Source of the DNA: the human T2T-CHM13v2.0 reference genome, Homo sapiens
NCBI RefSeq assembly: GCF_009914755.1
Contig: NC_060939.1
Length of the DNA: 64,000 nt
Reading direction: 5' to 3' (one strand)
Position numbers and translations under genes: made by a program. Below the pieces are notes generated by a model, which searched no databases, had not been told where the DNA came from, and saw only the letters and a list, made by a program, of their open reading frames with translations. Below are positions 39,609-52,200 of this stretch, piece after piece; within the stretch, counting starts at the first letter, position 1, and each line of letters begins with the position of its first letter.

Positions 39609-40532
39609 TTTGATTTCTAGTTTCATATGTGGTCAGAAAAGATCCTTGGTATGATTCTAATCCTCTTAAATTTGTTAAAACTGGTTTGGTGACCTAATAT
39701 GTGATCTGTCCTGGAGAATGTTCCCTGTGTACTTGGGAAGAATGTTGCTCCTGGGTTGAATGATCTGGATGTGTCTGCTAGGTCCATTTGGTCTACAGTG
39801 GTTTTCGAGTCTCCTGTTGCTTTCTGGATTTTCTGCCTGGATGTTCCATCTATTATTGAAAATGGAGTATTAACGTTTCCTACTATTAAGTATTGCTGTC
39901 TGTGTCTCCCTTCAGTTCTGTCAATGCTTACTTTATATATTTAGGTGCTCTAATGTTGGGTGCATATATATTTATAATTGTTATATATTTTGGGTGGATT
40001 GACCCTTTCATCATTATATGGCATCTTTCTTTGTCTCTTGTGACAGTTTCTTACTTAAAGCCTATCTTGTCTGATATAACTATAGCCACCCTTTTCTGGT
40101 TTAGTTACCATTTGCACAGAATATCTTTTTCTATCCTTTTACTTTCAGCCTATATGTGTCCTTAAATTTAAAGTGAATCTCTTATAGACAACACATTGCT
40201 GGATCTTGCTTTTTTGAATCCATTCATCCACTTTATGTCTTTTGATTGGGGAATTTAAACCATTTACATTTAAAGTAATTACTGATAGGGAAGGATTTAC
40301 TATTGCCACTTTGTTCACTGTTTTCTGTTTGTCTTATAGCTTTTTTGTCCCTCTTTTTCTCTCTTGCCATCTTGCCTTGTGTTTCCTTGTGCTTTTGTTT
40401 ATACTGATATGCTTTGAATAAATTCTAGAGACCTGCTGTAAAGAATTATACCTATAGATGACAATACTGTATTGTACACTCAAAAATCTAAGAGGGTAGA
40501 TCTCATGTTAAAAGTTCTTACCATAACAAAAA
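39609..40532. mobile_element. L1MA/MB: inverted ORF1-ORF2 junction/EN segment (~39609-40415 minus) joined to a plus-strand 3' end (~40416-40532)
   Basis: ccatttacatttaaagtaattactgata is the reverse complement of the ORF2 start region; aataaattctagagacctgctgta...gggtagatctcatgtta is an L1MA 3' end. Confidence 0.8.
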
Positions 40533-42165
40533 TGTGTCCTTAGTGAAAGAAAGGGTTAAAGTAGAGTTAGGGTGAGCATGACTGAAAGCAGAGTTCTCTC
40601 AAAGAGATTTTTTAATGTGTCTGATCCCTACATGCTCAATTCCATTAAAGGAAATGTTTCCCTAAAACAACCAGGCCCTCCACATGCTGAGAGGGGCGTA
40701 GGTGAACTCTGCACTCTGCAAACCTCCCTGCCAGGCTACCTTCTGTTCTCTCGGGCTTCTGTCCAGACTGATCTGTCCTGGACAGGGGAGAAAGTGGTAT
40801 GCCCGAGACTACCATCATTCTTCACCTCCCTCCCCTGACCACAGTTGGCCCTCTGGGCATTCCCCTTTGGAATATGGGCCCTGGCTTCCAGCAAGGGCAC
40901 TCTCTTGCCCAACACAATAGTGCAAGCTTCCCAAGCAGCCTGTGAAGACTTCCTGGTGCTGCAGTCCAAGTGCATGGAATTGATAGGAAGAGACACCCAG
41001 AGGCTCATGCCTGCCTGTCCCAACTCCCAAGGAGGGCTCCTTTAGTTGTCTCTGAGTGTTATTCAAATGAAATTCCAAGGTCAAATAAATTTGAGAACAC
41101 CGACTAAAGAGCAACTCAGGTTACTCGGGTAATTAATTACAGGCTCCTTAGAGCCTAATATTCTGATGTGCACTGTGCTTCTCCAAGGGTTGGATATATT
41201 ACGCAGTGTTTTCAGAATGAGTTGGACCTGGAAACCCTTTTGCTTGAATGACTTTAAACAACCAGTGTTCTGAGGCGATATCCTTTGAAGAGGAACGGGA
41301 GAATCAAGGTTGTAGGACCAAGAATTAGGAAATTATCAACCATCAAAAATGATTTTAGCTACTTTAGATTTTTTAATGGAAAATAAAAATCCATGGTTCA
41401 TATTTGTATCTCTCCACGAAATTATGAGGAAAAAAAAGCTCTGACCTAATTCAGAATTATTCTGACATTATATAAAAGTACCTTGTCTGTTTCATTCTAA
41501 GCTGAGTGTCTCTTCTCATAAACTTCACTCAAGAAATACCTGATTTTGTCCATCAAATGCATCATTTTATCAAGGCTCTAAGCTCATTGGACATCTCCAG
41601 GATTAGAGTCTGCTGCCTAAGAAGGCATCCCACTGTCAGTGCCTATGGTTCATTGTCCTCCCTTGTGTGGGTTCAGTCACCCCACTTGTACTCACAGATC
41701 CCATCTCTATTCCCTGCAGCAATGTGGAAACATCCTATCTCTTCTTGGGTGTTGGAAGGCAGCTACCAAGCCTCCCTTGTATTCTTTTTCAGGTCCAGCA
41801 CACCCAGTTCCTACCACTCTTTCTCAGATGGAAGGGATGTTTAAATCATTGGCAGCTGCCATCCTTTGAGTAAGAGCTAGTTTCTCAGTGTCCATCCCAC
41901 CTCACATATTCAAAGCAAACCATCCCAGCACCACACAGCAGGGTGGACACTGCGGTTGTGGGGGTGTCTCACTATTGCTCAGTCACTCATTGGTTGAAAT
42001 AATTTTTTCCCAGCACCTTACCATTGATTAATACTGACTTCCTGAGATCTTTAAATCTCCACAGGTTAAACCAAGATCCTTAAATCTTTTTATTTCTTTT
42101 GTGTGCTTTATCATCTTTAATAACTGCTTCATCCTTTCTTATATATATTATTAGAATCATTTATT

Positions 42166-42281
42166 AAAATCATTTTACTGTCTAATATGCTATTTACTCT
42201 CTGGTAAATTTACCATATGGTAAATACCAGAAAGTAAATAGCATATCAGAGAGTAAAGCCATATTAGAGTAAAATGATTTT
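42166..42281. repeat. 116-bp AT-rich near-perfect palindrome
   Basis: Centre atttaccat|atggtaaat; arms extend to aaaatcattttact and agtaaaatgatttt. Confidence 0.92.
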
Positions 42282-43879
42282 GAAAGCCTAAAGGTAACGT
42301 ACATACTGACATTAAAATTATAGTAAAGTTTCAGAATTTTAAAATGAGAATCTTGAAAGCAATCTCATCTAAACCTTCATTTTACACACAGGAGACTGAG
42401 GTCTGAGGAGTCAAGCGATCTGCTGGAGTTAACTCCTTTATTATATGTTTTTGAGCATCTACAATGTTCCAGGCACCATTCCTGTGCTAGAGACACACTG
42501 TGGAAAAAACACACAAAAGCATTTGTTCTATTGCAACTTACATTTTATTTTGAAGAAGAACTGGAAAATGAACCCAATCCTTCTCTTGCTGTCTCTTTCT
42601 GTCTTTCCTTTTTTGCTCTCTGAATATCATGATAGTCTTTCTAAATGTTCGTATGTATATAATAGCCAAGACTGATGAAAGAAGATTTATATTTACAATA
42701 AAGCTACATTTGTAAAGCAATTAAAGCTACTAAGTTTGTTTCTGGAGGAACCCAGCCCCAGATAGAGCAACCTCAAATGAAATGCAATCCAAGAAAAAAA
42801 GATGTTTCACTTTCCAGATTCTGTGCCTCCGTGACAAAACACAGTACAGCTGTCTAAAGAGAAACAAATGTGGAGTGTCTCCCAACAGAACTTCACTGAG
42901 AGTGTGTTCTAATGCAAGATGAGGGAAAACTCTATCACAAATTTCATTTTTTATTTTGTTGGCAAAATTGAAAAACCACAGCAAAAATGTCAACTCACAT
43001 AAAAGGTGACATTTCTAAGAATAACATTCTTTGAACATTTTTTGCTTATTTTACTGGCAGTCATCTCTTTTATCTAATTGATAAAGAATGCCCCCTCAAA
43101 ACTGATTTTCCAGAACTGTGCTATGTGTATCTTGAAGGGTCATGCCTCAGCAGAGTGGGCCCTGGAGGGAAGCTGCTCCTTAATGCCCTCATAGTGCTAA
43201 TGCGACATCTTTCTCTCTTCCAGTTCATTCTCTTCCTAACCTGATTCTTTGGAGGAGCCAATGCGTGTCCCACCTTTGAAGGCCTTTAATTTTTTTGCTC
43301 ATTTAATAAAATACATTGAAAGCCTACTATCCCCATAGGGGCTCTAAAGTAAATAAGACAATTCTTGCCTTCATTAGCTCATAAATTTGCAGAGCAGACA
43401 GACCAATAAACAGCTTCACTAACATAATGTCACGTGTGTGATTCCAACTAGTCCTTGTTTATTAAATCATTTATCCAACATCTATTACACTGGACTCTGA
43501 AATAGGGCTATGGGTTTATAGGAAAATGTACAAGGTGTTGACAAAATAGCATGAGGCACAGGTAATCATGTGCCTAAATGGACCAGTAAGACAGCACAGC
43601 CCATTGTGATAATCTATGACTATTTCATTAAGAAGACATTGTTCAAACTGCACCTTAAATAATAAGCTCATTAGCAGTGTCCAGGCCCTGGGTGGGGGGA
43701 TTCTGGGGACCCCAAGCATGAAAGTGAAAGTCATTCTTAAAGCACCTGTGAAGGTGAATTACTGGAACATTATAGGCAAAGAGAAAAAGACCAGGTCAGT
43801 TTTTAGAATGTGTTTCTCCACACCTTACACTTTGATTTAGTGAATATACCAAAGTGACTCCTATCTTGCTAATTCAAAT

Positions 43880-46560
43880 TCCCATTCAGGGCTTCCAACC
43901 AGAAGGAAGCTCGCAAGAGTATCACTACCAATTTTGTAATAAAAAAAAGTCCACACAAACTGCAAATTAAAAACTTTTCTTGAATGCATCATGGAAGTGA
44001 GGTGTTGATGCAACTGATTAACCTGAAATATGAAGAGGGGGAGGGACCTGCAAGGAAAAATGGGATGTGAGCAGCTGCTAGCCAGGGCAGATACATGCCA
44101 GATACCCCAGACACCACTATGAAGAGTTCGGCCAGAAGCTTCTCACGAATTGGCAAAGGCTAGATGTGAACTAGCAAGAGAAGAGAACAATCCTGAAGCT
44201 TCAAGTAAAAGAAGAATTTACACTCCCTTGTACCCTCTCAGCATGAACCTCACTGAGTGCTCACTGAAGACGGGCAAGAGATTGCATTTCTGAGAAAACA
44301 TCCTTGTGGCTCAGGCCTGGCAAGGGGTCAGCATGTGCTGTCAGAAAGCATGAAGCCAGGCCTGGATCACTGTCCAGGACGTCCTTATGGGAGGACAGCA
44401 AGCACTCTACACCCAGGGCGCTGATGAAAACCCACTGCCTCCAGGGGAAGGCACAGCAACAAGGCCTTAAAGCAGGGGAGGAGAGGCAAGAAGCAAGGCT
44501 GGATAGCACTGAAAGCCACACAGTCAAGACACAGGGACACAACACCAGCCTAAGGCTGAAAGTTAACCAGAATAGCAGAGGACAGCACCAGCCACAGTCC
44601 CACCAGGTGAACAAGTGTCCAGCGACAAGTAACAGCATGTAGTAATCACTTTAGGGTGAACGGCAGGAGCATAGAGGAAGGCTGTCTCTGAAAATCAGTT
44701 CAAAGAAAACACCTAAAAGTGAGGACGGAAAACACATTGGTAAAAATGCTCAGGCAAACCGGTTCCACCCTGAACACAAGGTACCACGAGAGGAATCTGA
44801 AGGTTAGGGTGCATTGAGGGTAACCATAGCAACAGCAAACCACGAACCAAGTCATCCTGGCTAGCCTGAATCAAAACCCCACCTTAAAGGCCTAATGGAA
44901 GGAAAAGTATTCATTTCCAGGCACAAATGAATATTTGCCTTTGTACTATCTACCTTGGATCAAAAATTTTGTGACATATAAATAAGCTAGGGAAAAAGAA
45001 CCTCTCAAGAGATAATGCAACCAATGAAACCAGACTCAGGTATGACACTTTCAGATCAGAAATTTTAAATAACTGACATTAATATGTTTAAAAGCCTAAT
45101 GGAAAATGTGGACACCATACAAAATCAAATGAGTATTTTGAGCAGAGAGATGGGAAGAACAAAACATCAAATGAAATGCTAGAAATGAAAACCATATTAA
45201 CAAAAAGAATGCCTTTGACCGGCTCACTATAGGCCTAACAAATCTCAGAAAGTAATTAGTGAACTTGAAAATAGAACAATAAAAATTGCCCAAACTGAAA
45301 CATGAACAGAAAAAAACAACCAGCAGAGCTTTCATGAATTGTGGAATAACATCAAAACATCCAACATGTGTAATCAGAATCTAAGAAGCAGAAAGAGACA
45401 GACAGAGAGAGAGAGAGAGAGAAATGGGCAGAAAAAATAGCCAAGAATTTGTCAAAATTAATGATATCAAACCACAAATCTAAATAGCACAGAAAACATC
45501 AAGCAGAATAAATGCCATCAAGCAAACAAATCAAAACCAAACCAAGGTATGCCATACACAAACTTCTGAAAACCAAAGACAGAAAAAATAACCACCACAT
45601 TACATACAGAAAAACACAGATGATAATTATGGAAAACTTGTCAGACTATGCAAGCCAGGAGGTGCTAGGGTGACACCTTTGGAGTATTAGGAAAAAAATA
45701 TGTCAACACAAAATTCTATGCACAGCAAAAAAAATACATTTCAAAAATAAAGCAGACGCAGAAATTCCATTCCTAGGTATGTACGCAAAAGAACTGAAAA
45801 CAGGTACATAAACAAATTCATGTACACACATGTTCATAGCAACACTATTTACAATAGCAAAAAGGTAGAAACAGCCCAAATATTCATCAATATATGAACG
45901 AATTAACAAAAGCTAGTATATCTATGCAAGGGAATATTATTCTGCCATTTATCCAAAGAAGATCTGCAAATAGCCAACATTAAAGATACTCAATATTACT
46001 AATCATTAGGGAAATTCAAAACAAAACCACAATGAGATACCACTTTATACCCTTCAGATTAGCTATTTAAATAAAAAAGGTAAGAAAGAAAAGAAAAGAA
46101 GTATTGAAGATGATGTGGGAAAATTTCAATGCTTGTGCACAGCTAGGGGGAGTGTAATATTGTGGGGCCACTATGGAAGACAGTATGGCAGTGCCTCAAA
46201 ATACTGAGCAGGAAATCCCATATGTTCCCACAATCCCACTTCTGGGTATATACCCCAGTGAAATGAAAGCAGGGACTTGAACAGATCATTGTACACCCAT
46301 GTTCCTTATGGCATTATTCATAATAGCCAAAAGGTGGAAGCAACTCAAGTGTCCATTGATGAATGAATAAACAAACTGTGGTATAAACATACAATGGAAT
46401 ATTTTCCTGCCATAAAAAAGATGAAGTACTGATACCTGCTACAATGTGAATGCACCTCAAAAGCATTACGCTAAGTGAAAGAAGCCCAACACCAAAGGTC
46501 ATATATTATATGATTCTATTTATTTGAAATATCTGGAATAGGAAAATCTATAAATACAGA
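43880..46560 (+). mobile_element. Old L1M fragments (5'/ORF1-like, then L1MB-like 3' ends)
   Basis: aattagtgaacttgaaaataga, aattccattcctaggtat, aaccacaatgagataccact and atagccaaaaggtggaagcaac. Confidence 0.75.
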
Positions 46561-49500
46561 TATACATCTAACTTTGTCTTCATGTATGTTGAAATCCAAT
46601 TGTTCCAGCACCGTTTGTTTAAATGACTATCCTTTTCCAATTGAATTACCTTTGTAGTTGCCAGGAACACATTTGCCTCTATTACAGTAGCTTCATAGTA
46701 TGTTTTTAAATAGGAAAGTGTAAGCCCTACACCTTTGTTCTTCTTCAAGATGTTTGAGCTATTCTGTGTCCTTTGAATATCCACTTAAATTTTAGAATCG
46801 TGTTGTTAATTTCTGAGGGGGAAAAAGCCTACTGGGTGTTGATAGGAACTGCACTGACTCTACAGCTCAACTTGAGAAGAGTTATCATCTAAATACTGAG
46901 TCTTGCATATGAACTGAGTCTTGAATATGAACACCTTTCCATTAGTTGAGTCTTTCTTAAATTACTCTCAGCAATGCCACGTTGTTTGCAGTGTACATGT
47001 CTTGCACTTCTTTTGCTAAAATTCATCCTGTTTTATCCTTTCTGATACTATTGAATAGAATTGTTTTCTTAATTTCACTTTTAGATTATTGTTATTGTTG
47101 CTGTTAATATACAGCAATACAGTAGAATTTTGTATATTGATCTTGTACCCTGAAAACTTGCTGAATTTATTCATTCTTATAAATTTTCTACAGAATTTTT
47201 CATGGGTTCCATAGAATTTTCTATATACAGGATTCTGTCATTTGTAAATAAAAGCCGTTTTACTTCTTCCTTTCCATAACTTTCCTTGAATGTCTTTATT
47301 TCTTTTTCTTATATGATTAAACTTGCCAGAACCATGAGCACAATCTTGAATCAAAGTGGCAAGTTTCAATCCGAGGGAAAACATTCATTCTCTCACCATT
47401 AGGTATGATACTAGCTTCAGAATCTTTTGTAGACAGCCTTTACCAGGCTGGGGATGTTCCCTTCTATTTCTACTGTTTCGAGACTTTTAATCATGAATGG
47501 GTGTTGGATTTTGTCAAATGCTTTTTCTGTTCCTGTTGAGATAATTATGTGGGAGTTTTTTGCCCTTTATGCTATTAAAAGGAATAATTAGGCTAACTGA
47601 TTTTTGAATGTTAAAGCAAATCTTGCATTACCGTTAAAAATCTCACTTGGACATGATAGTAATCCTTTCATATATTGCTGGACTTGACTTGCTAATATTT
47701 TGTTGAGAATTTCTGCATCTACATTCCTAAAATAGTCATCTGCAGTTTTATTTTCATGTTAATAGCCTTGCCTGCCTTTGGCATTAGAACAGTACTAAAA
47801 AATCTGGAAGAGCTTTTCAAGTAGTGGTATATTTTTCTAAATTTCAATGTTTGATAGAATTCAACAGTGCAGTCATTTAGGCCTTAGTTTTTCCTTATAA
47901 GATTTTTAATCACAAATTTAATCTGTTTACTTGTTATAAGACTCTTCCTATTTTCTAGTTCTCATAGGTTCTGTTTGGTAAATTGTGACTTTCTACACAT
48001 GTAGCCATTTTATCTAAGTTGTCTTATTTGTTAGCGTAACATTGTTCAGAGCGTTCTTTTATAATACTTATAACTTTTGAAAGGCTGGTAGTAATGTCTC
48101 ATCTTTCATTTCTGATTTTGGCAATTAGGGTCTTCTTTTTCCTTTATTAGTCTCATGAACAATTTGTCAATTTTGTCAAGATTTTTAAAGAATCAATTTG
48201 GGTTTCATTGATTTTCTCTATTATTTTCAATATTATATTTTCCCTATTGTTTATTATTTTCTTCCTTCCAATTGACTTTAATTTAGTTTGCTCTTCTTTT
48301 TGTACTTTCTTATGGTAAAAGTTTAAGTTAATATTCTCAGATTTTTCTTCTTTTCCGTCATAGTCCTTCAACTCCATAAATTTTCTTCTAAACACTGCTT
48401 GAGTTATATCTCATATATTTAATAGATTATGCTTTTATTTTAATTTTGTTCAAAATATTTTCTTTCTTTGTGTTTTCTCTTTTGACTCATAGGTTATTTA
48501 GAAGTGAGCTGTCTAATTTCCAAATATTTCTGTATTTCCCCAAATCCATTTATGGTTCATTTCTAATTCAGTTCTATTGTGGTCAGATGACATACTTTGT
48601 ATAATTTCAGTCTTTGTAAATGTATCAGCACTTGATTTATGGCCTAGCTTATGGTCTATCCTGAAGAGTGTTCTTTGTAAGCTTGAAAAAAACAATGTGT
48701 ATTCTGCCTTTGTTGGGTTGACTATTCTGTAGATATTAGGTCAAGTAATTGCGAGTATTACTCAAATTTTCTATAGCCTTGCTAATTTTTCTGTCTAGTT
48801 GCTATATCCATTATTAAGAAGAGGTTATTAAAGTCTCCATTTATTTGTTTTGTTCTTCATACATTTAGGGATTTTGTTCTTAGGTATATGTATATGAACA
48901 GTTGTTATATCATCCTGATTTATTGACCCTGATAAAAATGTGCTAGGAGGACATTTGTCTTCTTCTCTAGTAGTATTTTCTGTCTTTAAATCTATTTTGT
49001 CTGACATTTGTATAGCCATTTCAGCTTTCTTATGTTTGCACCATTCCATTTATCTTTTTCCTTCCTTTTATTTTCAGGCTATTCGTATTTTTAGTCTAAA
49101 CCTGAATCTGGATCGTAAACCTAAATATGTAAACAGATTAGAGTGAAACCCTTTTTTAAAAATCTAGTTTGTAAATCTATGCAATTTAATTGGAGTCTTT
49201 AGTATATTTACATTCAATGTAATTGTTTATGTGGTTGGATTTATATCTGCTATTTTGCTGTTTTCTATGTCTCACATTTTTTTTTGTTCCTGTTTCTTTT
49301 TACTACTTTCACTTATGTTAAATAGATGTTTTCTGACCTACTATTTTAATTCCTTTGTTGCTATTTTTACTTTGTGTTTTCAATTTGTTTTTAGTAATTG
49401 CCATTGAGATTTCAATATACATCCTATTTATCACAATCTGGCCTAGATTAATAACTAACCTAATTTCATTAAAACCTAGAGATTCTGCTCTAAGGTGGCC

Positions 49501-50190
49501 CATTCTTTCCCTCCTCCTTTATGCTATTATTTTAATATATATTACATCTCTCTATGTCAAAAGGCCAAAAGCATATTCATGTTACTTTATGTGATTTTAG
49601 TTTCAATTAGTTAAAAGAAGAAAAGACAAAAATACATTTATTCAGGCTCATCTATATAGCTGTGTATAGCTATATAGATGTATATATACCTTTTCCAGTG
49701 CTCTTTTTTTTTCTGGGCGGGGGGAGGGTTGGATTCAAGTTATTGTCTGTTGTAATTTCCATTCCTTTCTTTAGTATTTCTTTCAAGGTAGGTATGCCAA
49801 CAATTAATTCTCTGAGTCTTTCTTTTGTTTTGTTTTAAATCTGGTCATATCTTTTTTCAACATCATTTTGAAAAATAGTTTTTCTAGAAATGAAATTCTT
49901 TCTTGAGTTTGTATCTTCGTTTCAACATTTTAAATGTCATACTACTGCTTTTTGGCCTACACTTATTTCTGATGAGATGAGAAGTCAGCTATTGTTCTTA
50001 TTGTATTCTTACATGAGGCTTTTCATGTAAACAGCAATGAAGAGCCCATGAAAGTCCCCTCTGGCCTCTCAAGTACAGATGCAGCCCTGTGCACATACTC
50101 AGCTTTCTATGCCCTCAGGGACACAGGGGGCGCTTATCAAAGTCTACTCTGGCTGTCACATTCCCTGCATCACCTATTAAATGTCTGGCT
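46561..50190 (-). mobile_element. Old L1M ORF1/ORF2 remnant, reverse orientation
   Basis: T-rich strand with ccaattgttccagcacc, gttggattttgtcaaatgctttttctg and tttacattcaatgtaatt. Confidence 0.85.
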
Positions 50191-50199
50191 AGTCTGATT

Positions 50200-52200
50200 T
50201 TTATTTGATTTTTAGCAAAAGTACAAAAGCAATTTAATGAAAAATTATAGTCTTTTCAACAAATGGTATTATAATGAATAGATATCTATATGCAAACAAA
50301 AATAAATCTAAACTCAAAATGGATCATAGATTTAGAGGTAAAAGTAAAACTTAGAAAATCTAAGAGAAAATCTTTGTGATCTTGTGCTAGCCAAAAATTT
50401 CTTAAATATAATACTAAAGGCATGATCCCCAAAGGGACAAATTCATCAACTGAACTTTATCAGAGCTTAAAACTTTGTCTGAGAACTATACTATTAGAAA
50501 AATGAAGAGATGAGACTCAGGAAAATTTTTCAAATCAAAGATGACAAAGGACTTAATATTCTGAAAATATGAAAACTTCACAAAGCTCAACAATAAGAAA
50601 ATAATCCAATTTGAAAAGGGCAAAAGACCTTAACAGACAGTTCACCAAAGAACATAAATACATGTTCAACATCATTAATTATTAGTAAAATATAAATCAA
50701 AATCACAATGAGATACCACTGCACACATATTAGAATGGTTTAAAATCAAATCTGACAGAACCAAGTGCTGATTAGACAGTAGGAAAACGAACTTTCATAC
50801 ATTACTGGAAGATTGAGAATGATATAGCAACTATGGAAAATTAAGCATAGCAAACTACCTGGCCTCACAGCCCCATTGCTAGGTGAGAGAAATGAAAACA
50901 TACATCCACACAAAGACCTCTGGGCACAATGTGGTCCATCTATGCAATAAAATACTACTCAGCAATAAAAAGACAAACTGCTGATGCATACAAAAACATG
51001 ATTGGATATCCAAAACATTATGGTAGGTGGAGGAAACTGGATTCCATTTTTATGAGATTCTTGAAAAGACAAAACTATAGGGACAAAAAAAAGACAAATT
51101 CTTGCCAGGGGCTGAAAGTGGAAAGGAGAGATTGAATGTAAAGGGGTACCAGAAAAGTTCTGGGTGTGATGGAAATATTCTATGTCTCAGTTGAGGTGGT
51201 GGTTACATGACTGTATATTTGCCAAAACTGATTAAACTATACACCTCAAATCGTAAAATTTACTATATTCAATTATACCTCAATTACCCTGAATTTTTTT
51301 TTTTTTTTTTTGAGACAGGGCAACTTGCTCTGTTGCCCAGGCTGAAGTATAGTGGCACAATCATAGCTCACTGCAGCCTCCAACTGTTGAACTCAAGTGA
51401 TCCTCCCATGCCAATCTCCTGCATAGCTGGGACTACAGGTGTGTGCCACCATGCCCAGCTAAGTTTTTCATTTTTTGTTGAGATAGGGTCTTGCTTGTTA
51501 CTTGGGCTGGTCTCAAACTCCTGGTCTCAAGCTATCCTCCTGCCTCTGCCTCTCAAAGTGGTGGAATTACAGGCATGAGCCACTGTGCCTGGCCCTGATT
51601 TTTTTTTTAATAATAAATTAGGATATGGAATTTTTGTCATCATACCATCAAATTGCATGGAACTTGTTACCAGGCAGCCTTGTTCAAAATATACAAAATG
51701 TATGTTCACAAGAAAACATGTCCATGAGTATATGCCCAAAATACACATCATGTATTTGCCCCAAATTGGAGGGAAAACAATTGACTTTCAAATGATGAAA
51801 AGACACTCTTAATGAGTAGGATCCTACACAGCTATACAATGAAACAAACTATTGATGTAAGCAGCAACATGGATGAATCTCAAATGCATTTTTGTAAATG
51901 AAAGAAGCCAGACCCAAAAGGCTATGATTCCATTTACATGAAATTCTGGTGAAGGCAAAGCTGTAGTGGGAGAACAGCTCAGTGGTGGCCAGTGGTTGCT
52001 CGGGGGAAGGGTTGTCTACAAAGGAGCAGCATAGAGGAGTGTTTTTCCAGTGATAGACCTGCTGCGTGTCTTAGTTGTGCTGCTATGTATGTGGCTACGG
52101 ATTCTTCAACATTCACAGGGCTCTACAGCACATGACTGAATTTTACTGCATGTATAATAAGACGCAAAATATAAACTCTTTAAATTTTGTTTTTTAATAT
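50200..52200 (+). mobile_element. Old L1M (MC/ME-like) ORF2 end and 3'UTR pieces
   Basis: tagtcttttcaacaaatggt, cacaatgagataccactgcacac and caacatggatgaatctcaaatgcat. Confidence 0.8.
51294..51594 (-). mobile_element. AluJ
   Basis: PolyT followed by gagacagg...ggcacaatcatagctcactgcagcctc...gagccactgtgcctggcc. Confidence 0.93.
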
